DNA of 10,171 nt, taken from positions 1-10,171 of the forward strand of contig CAXHAT010000246.1 in the NCBI GenBank assembly GCA_964014485.1. The letters run 5' to 3'. The notes under the pieces are model-generated. The model saw only the letters and a list, made by a program, of their open reading frames with translations. It searched no databases and was not told the DNA's origin. The DNA is from an uncultured Deferribacteres bacterium (GTDB taxonomy: Bacteria > Zhuqueibacterota > Zhuqueibacteria > Zhuqueibacterales > Geothermadaptataceae). The position numbers were made by a program, and so were the translations under genes. Shown here piece after piece: positions 6,963-10,171 of the stretch (position 1 is its first letter; each line of letters begins with the position of its first letter).

Positions 6963-8111
6963 ATGAAACATCTCACTCGCCCTGTTTCCGAAATCCACCG
7001 AATTTCCACCTCGCAACTTGACACGCCGCCGCGTCTACTTCTCGGGCCAGGACCTTCAAACGCACACCCGCGCGTGTTACAAGCGCTCTCCATGCGGCAG
7101 GTCGGACATCTCGATCCAAAGTTCATCGAGCTAATGAACGAAAATCAGGAATTGCTGCGCTACGCCTGGCAGACGGACAATCAACTCACGATTCCGGTCA
7201 GCGGTACCGGCAGTGCGGCTATGGAAGCATGTTTTGCTAATTTGATTGAGCCGGGCGACTCAGTGCTCGTCGGCATAAACGGTTATTTCGGGCACCGCAT
7301 GGCGGATATGGCCGGGCGATATGGCGCGGAAGTCGCGACAATCATGCGCCCTTGGGGCGAAGTTTTTTCGCTTGAAGAAATTGAAGCCGCCCTTCAAAAA
7401 AATCGACCTAAAATTCTTGGTTTGGTTCACGCTGAGACTTCAACCGGCGCTTGTCAGCCACTGGAAGGCGTTGCGGAACTATGCCGTCAACACGATTGCC
7501 TTTTGCTCGTCGATACGGTGACAAGCCTGGGCGGCGTTCCCGTCTTCCTTGACGCTTGGGGCGTTGACGCAGCTTATAGCGGCAGTCAAAAGTGTCTGAG
7601 TTGTCCGCCCGGCATTGCGCCGGTCTCTTTTGGCGAACGCGCCGTCGAAAAACTCAATAGTCGCAAAACAAAGGTCGCCAATTGGTACCTCGATTTGACG
7701 ATGGTCGGAAAATATTGGGGCAGTGAACGCACCTATCATCACACCGCGCCGATCAACATGAATTACGGCCTTCGCGAAGCATTGCGTCTGGTCGCCGAAG
7801 AAGGCCTTGAAGCCCGCTGGAAACGGCACCAACGGACGGCTGAATTTTTCTGGGCGGGTTTAAAGGAAATTGGCCTTTCCTGTCACGTTCCGCGTCCGCA
7901 CCGTTTGCCGAGCTTAACGACAGTTTGCGTCCCCGAAGGCGTTGATGCGCAAAAAACCGCAAAACTATTACTTCACGAGTTTAACATCGAAATTGCCGGC
8001 GGGCTCGGTGAATTGGCGGGCAAGGTTTGGCGCGTCGGCCTAATGGGCTTCAACAGTCGTAGAGAAAACGCGCTCCTTTTATTAAACGCACTCAAAACCG
8101 CCCTCTCATGA
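6963..8111 (+). CDS. Alanine-glyoxylate / serine-pyruvate aminotransferase (class V PLP enzyme, 382 aa from ATG 6963)
   Basis: LLLGPGPSNAHP, SGTGSAAMEA, VHAETSTG, LVDTVTSLGG, PLP lysine in YSGSQKCL, WYLD, YHHTAP and GKVWRVGLMG. ATG 6963 follows AAAGGA (6952-6957), preferred over the TTG at 6909. Confidence 0.93.
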   Translation: MKHLTRPVSEIHRISTSQLDTPPRLLLGPGPSNAHPRVLQALSMRQVGHLDPKFIELMNENQELLRYAWQTDNQLTIPVSGTGSAAMEACFANLIEPGDSVLVGINGYFGHRMADMAGRYGAEVATIMRPWGEVFSLEEIEAALQKNRPKILGLVHAETSTGACQPLEGVAELCRQHDCLLLVDTVTSLGGVPVFLDAWGVDAAYSGSQKCLSCPPGIAPVSFGERAVEKLNSRKTKVANWYLDLTMVGKYWGSERTYHHTAPINMNYGLREALRLVAEEGLEARWKRHQRTAEFFWAGLKEIGLSCHVPRPHRLPSLTTVCVPEGVDAQKTAKLLLHEFNIEIAGGLGELAGKVWRVGLMGFNSRRENALLLLNALKTALS

Positions 8112-9205
8112 AAACCTTCTTCGCCAAGCTTCCAAGGCCCGATCTACGCTGGTACGGCGTTGCGCTCTGGGTTTTGATTTGGCTGGGCTACGTGCTCTCC
8201 TTTTCCTTGCTGCTCCACAATATGATCCCGTTTTTGGAATGGCAGGGACTCTTCACAGGCATGGCCAGCTACTACGCTTTCTTGATGCTTTGCACCATCC
8301 CCACGTGGTATTTTTTCATTCGTATTCTTGCGGATAAATCATGGGCGGTTAAGCTCCTCTTGCACGCTGTGCTTTCAGTAATTTTTACAGTTGGGGTTTA
8401 CGAAGGCTATGTTGTTGTCTTTAAATGGCTTGCAGGCCTTGAATCCGTCGAGAACACGAACCTGGCGCAAAATCACGTTTGGATGCTTTATAGCAACGCC
8501 CTGCTCTACCTGATCCAGTTCTCCATATTCCACAGCGTAGATTCGGTTGCGAAATTGAAGGAAAAAGAAAAGCAAGCCGCGGAACTGAAAGCCTTGGCCA
8601 GAGAGCGTGAAGTGGCGGCGTTAAAGGCGCAGATCAATCCGCATTTTCTTTTCAACACGCTCAACAGCATCAACGCCATGGTCACGCGCGACCCGGAAGA
8701 AGCGCGCAAAATGATCGTACAGCTTGCCGATTTGCTGCGCTATGCGCTGGACAGCCTGAATCACATGCGCATTCCGCTGCGCAAGGAAGTTGATTTTGTG
8801 AAGGCGTTTTTGGATTTGGAGCAAAAGCGCTTTGGCGAAAGATTACAAGTGGACTACGATATTTCAGCAGAGACTTTGAGCGTGCCGGTTATACCGATGG
8901 TTTTGCAGCCTTTGGTTGAAAATGCGGTGAATCACGGCATTGCTCCCAAAGAAGACGGCGGCAAAATATCCCTCAAAATCAAGCCGGCTTTCGGGCGGGT
9001 GGATTTCGATATTTCCGACACCGGCGTTGGCATGAACGGACGCAGCTCTTCTGCGGAAAGCAAAGGCATTGGCCTGAGCAACACCGACGCCCGGCTGCAA
9101 AAAATCTATGGCTCCGAAGCGGCGCTTAGCCACGGCTCGCTCAACGGCGCAGGCTTTCAAGTGAAATTTTCAATCCCGATTAAACACGAAGAATTGGTCA
9201 AATGA
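8108..9205 (+). CDS. LytS/YehU-family sensor histidine kinase with about 4 N-terminal TM helices
   Basis: H-box LKAQINPHFLFNTLNSI, LRYAL, E..RFGERL, N-box LQPLVENAVNHG, DTGVG and GIGLSN. ATGA overlap with the aminotransferase stop. Confidence 0.93.
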   Translation: MKTFFAKLPRPDLRWYGVALWVLIWLGYVLSFSLLLHNMIPFLEWQGLFTGMASYYAFLMLCTIPTWYFFIRILADKSWAVKLLLHAVLSVIFTVGVYEGYVVVFKWLAGLESVENTNLAQNHVWMLYSNALLYLIQFSIFHSVDSVAKLKEKEKQAAELKALAREREVAALKAQINPHFLFNTLNSINAMVTRDPEEARKMIVQLADLLRYALDSLNHMRIPLRKEVDFVKAFLDLEQKRFGERLQVDYDISAETLSVPVIPMVLQPLVENAVNHGIAPKEDGGKISLKIKPAFGRVDFDISDTGVGMNGRSSSAESKGIGLSNTDARLQKIYGSEAALSHGSLNGAGFQVKFSIPIKHEELVK

Positions 9206-9951
9206 AATTTGAAGCCGTCATCGTTGACGACGAGCCGTTGGCCCGCCAAATCATCATCGAATATCTCGAAGAGCATCCTTCAATTTCCGTGGTCGCCGAG
9301 TGCGGCAACGGACGCGAGGCAGTGAAAACGATCAATGAATTGAAGCCGGACGTTGCGTTTTTGGATATTCAAATGCCCGTCATGAACGGCTTTGAAGTGC
9401 TCGAGAATTTGGAGCACTTCCCAAAAATCATCTTCTCCACCGCCTTCGACCAATTCGCACTCAAGGCGTTTGAAGTCAACGCCATCGACTATCTATTAAA
9501 GCCCTACTCACGGGAACGACTTGCGCAAGCCGTCGAAAAAATCACGCAGTCTTCGAAATCGGGTGCAGAGCTTGATAATTTAATCTCGCTCTTGTCGACC
9601 ACTCAGCAGAAGCAGCAGGAAGCGTTCGCGGATAAAATTTTTGTCAAAATGGGGAGTAAAATCGTGCCGGTCGCCATCGACGATATTTTGTGGGTGGAGG
9701 CCGCCGGAGATTACGCAACGCTACACACAGAAGCCAAATCCTACCTGTGCAATACCGGCCTCGGCGAGTTGGACAAACGCCTCGATCCCGCCAAATTCAC
9801 CCGCGTCCATCGCTCGTACATTATCGCGACTTCAGCACTTGCGCACCTCAAAAGCGACGGCGAGGGCGGCTACATCGCGACTATAAAAAACGGCCAAAAA
9901 GTCCGCGTCAGCCGCTCCTACGCCCCAAAAATGCGAAATTTAATTTTGTGA
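9202..9951 (+). CDS. LytTR-family two-component response regulator
   Basis: Receiver IVDDEPLAR, FLDIQMP (phospho-Asp), FSTAFDQFA, AIDYLLKP. LytTR domain I.WVEAAGDY, LDPAKFTRVHRSYII, VSRSY. ATGA overlap with the kinase stop. Confidence 0.95.
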   Translation: MKFEAVIVDDEPLARQIIIEYLEEHPSISVVAECGNGREAVKTINELKPDVAFLDIQMPVMNGFEVLENLEHFPKIIFSTAFDQFALKAFEVNAIDYLLKPYSRERLAQAVEKITQSSKSGAELDNLISLLSTTQQKQQEAFADKIFVKMGSKIVPVAIDDILWVEAAGDYATLHTEAKSYLCNTGLGELDKRLDPAKFTRVHRSYIIATSALAHLKSDGEGGYIATIKNGQKVRVSRSYAPKMRNLIL

Positions 9952-9988
9952 TCGATTAGCGACTTGATAGGCTTCTCTGCTCAATACT

Positions 9989-10171
9989 CTATGAAAGCAT
10001 TACAACTCGCAGTTTATCTCCGTTCCTGATTCCTACCTCTTTAAGGGTGCGGGGATCAGTATGAGTTATTTTGCGAAACTCTTTACCAGAAATAGAATCA
10101 GCGAGTACCCATTCTTTATAATGGACCCCATATTTCGGACAGGTGGTTAAAGTGGAAAACTCTGATGTAAC
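9989..10171 (-). CDS. 3' end of a gene entering from the right edge; C-terminus resembles a ubiquitin-like (beta-grasp, YukD/EsaB-like) domain
   Basis: Open frame of 60 codons from 10171 to TAG 9991-9989: VTSEFSTLTTCPKYGVHYKEWVLADSISGKEFRKITHTDPRTLKEVGIRNGDKLRVVMLS*. About 42% GC by hand count over 10021-10171, with many A/T-ending codons. Confidence 0.55.
   Translation of the reverse strand, partial: VTSEFSTLTTCPKYGVHYKEWVLADSISGKEFRKITHTDPRTLKEVGIRNGDKLRVVMLS

Noticed and set aside
3600..9951. Agr/Com-like peptide quorum-sensing or bacteriocin cluster (ABC + small peptide + LytTR system)
   Set aside because: The kinase is LytS-type rather than AgrC/ComD-type, the ABC lacks a C39 peptidase domain, there is no AgrB, and the peptide has no double-glycine leader.
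541..9959. The many 60-160 aa alternative-frame and antisense ORFs in the track (e.g. 5008-5490, 3114-3503, 7479-7832, 9690-9959)
   Set aside because: They overlap well-supported genes wholly or largely and show no recognisable motifs; consistent with shadow ORFs.

Overview
Bacterial chromosomal window of about 50% GC with eight complete genes, all on the + strand: a secreted TPR protein with a divergent GWxTD-like domain (346-2628), a lipoprotein with a sulfite-oxidase-fold-like N-domain and a C-terminal monoheme cytochrome c (probable start 2742), an ABC-2 ATPase and permease pair (NatA/NatB, YhaQ/YhaP type) split by a Uma2/DUF820 endonuclease gene, and a translationally coupled trio of alanine-glyoxylate aminotransferase, LytS-family kinase and LytTR regulator. 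Four things lie outside the supplied ORF track: (i) a 23-aa hydrophobic minus-strand ORF (6586-6657) with its own Shine-Dalgarno and terminator-like hairpin; (ii) a palindrome-rich putative control region with a sigma70-like promoter (6755-6844); (iii) a REP/MITE-like palindromic repeat at the window start; (iv) the 3' end of an AT-rich minus-strand ORF whose C-terminus looks ubiquitin/YukD-like (9989-10171). Gene content suggests an FCB-related lineage such as KSB1 or Calditrichota (inference only). All family calls come from motif recognition by eye; no searches were run.
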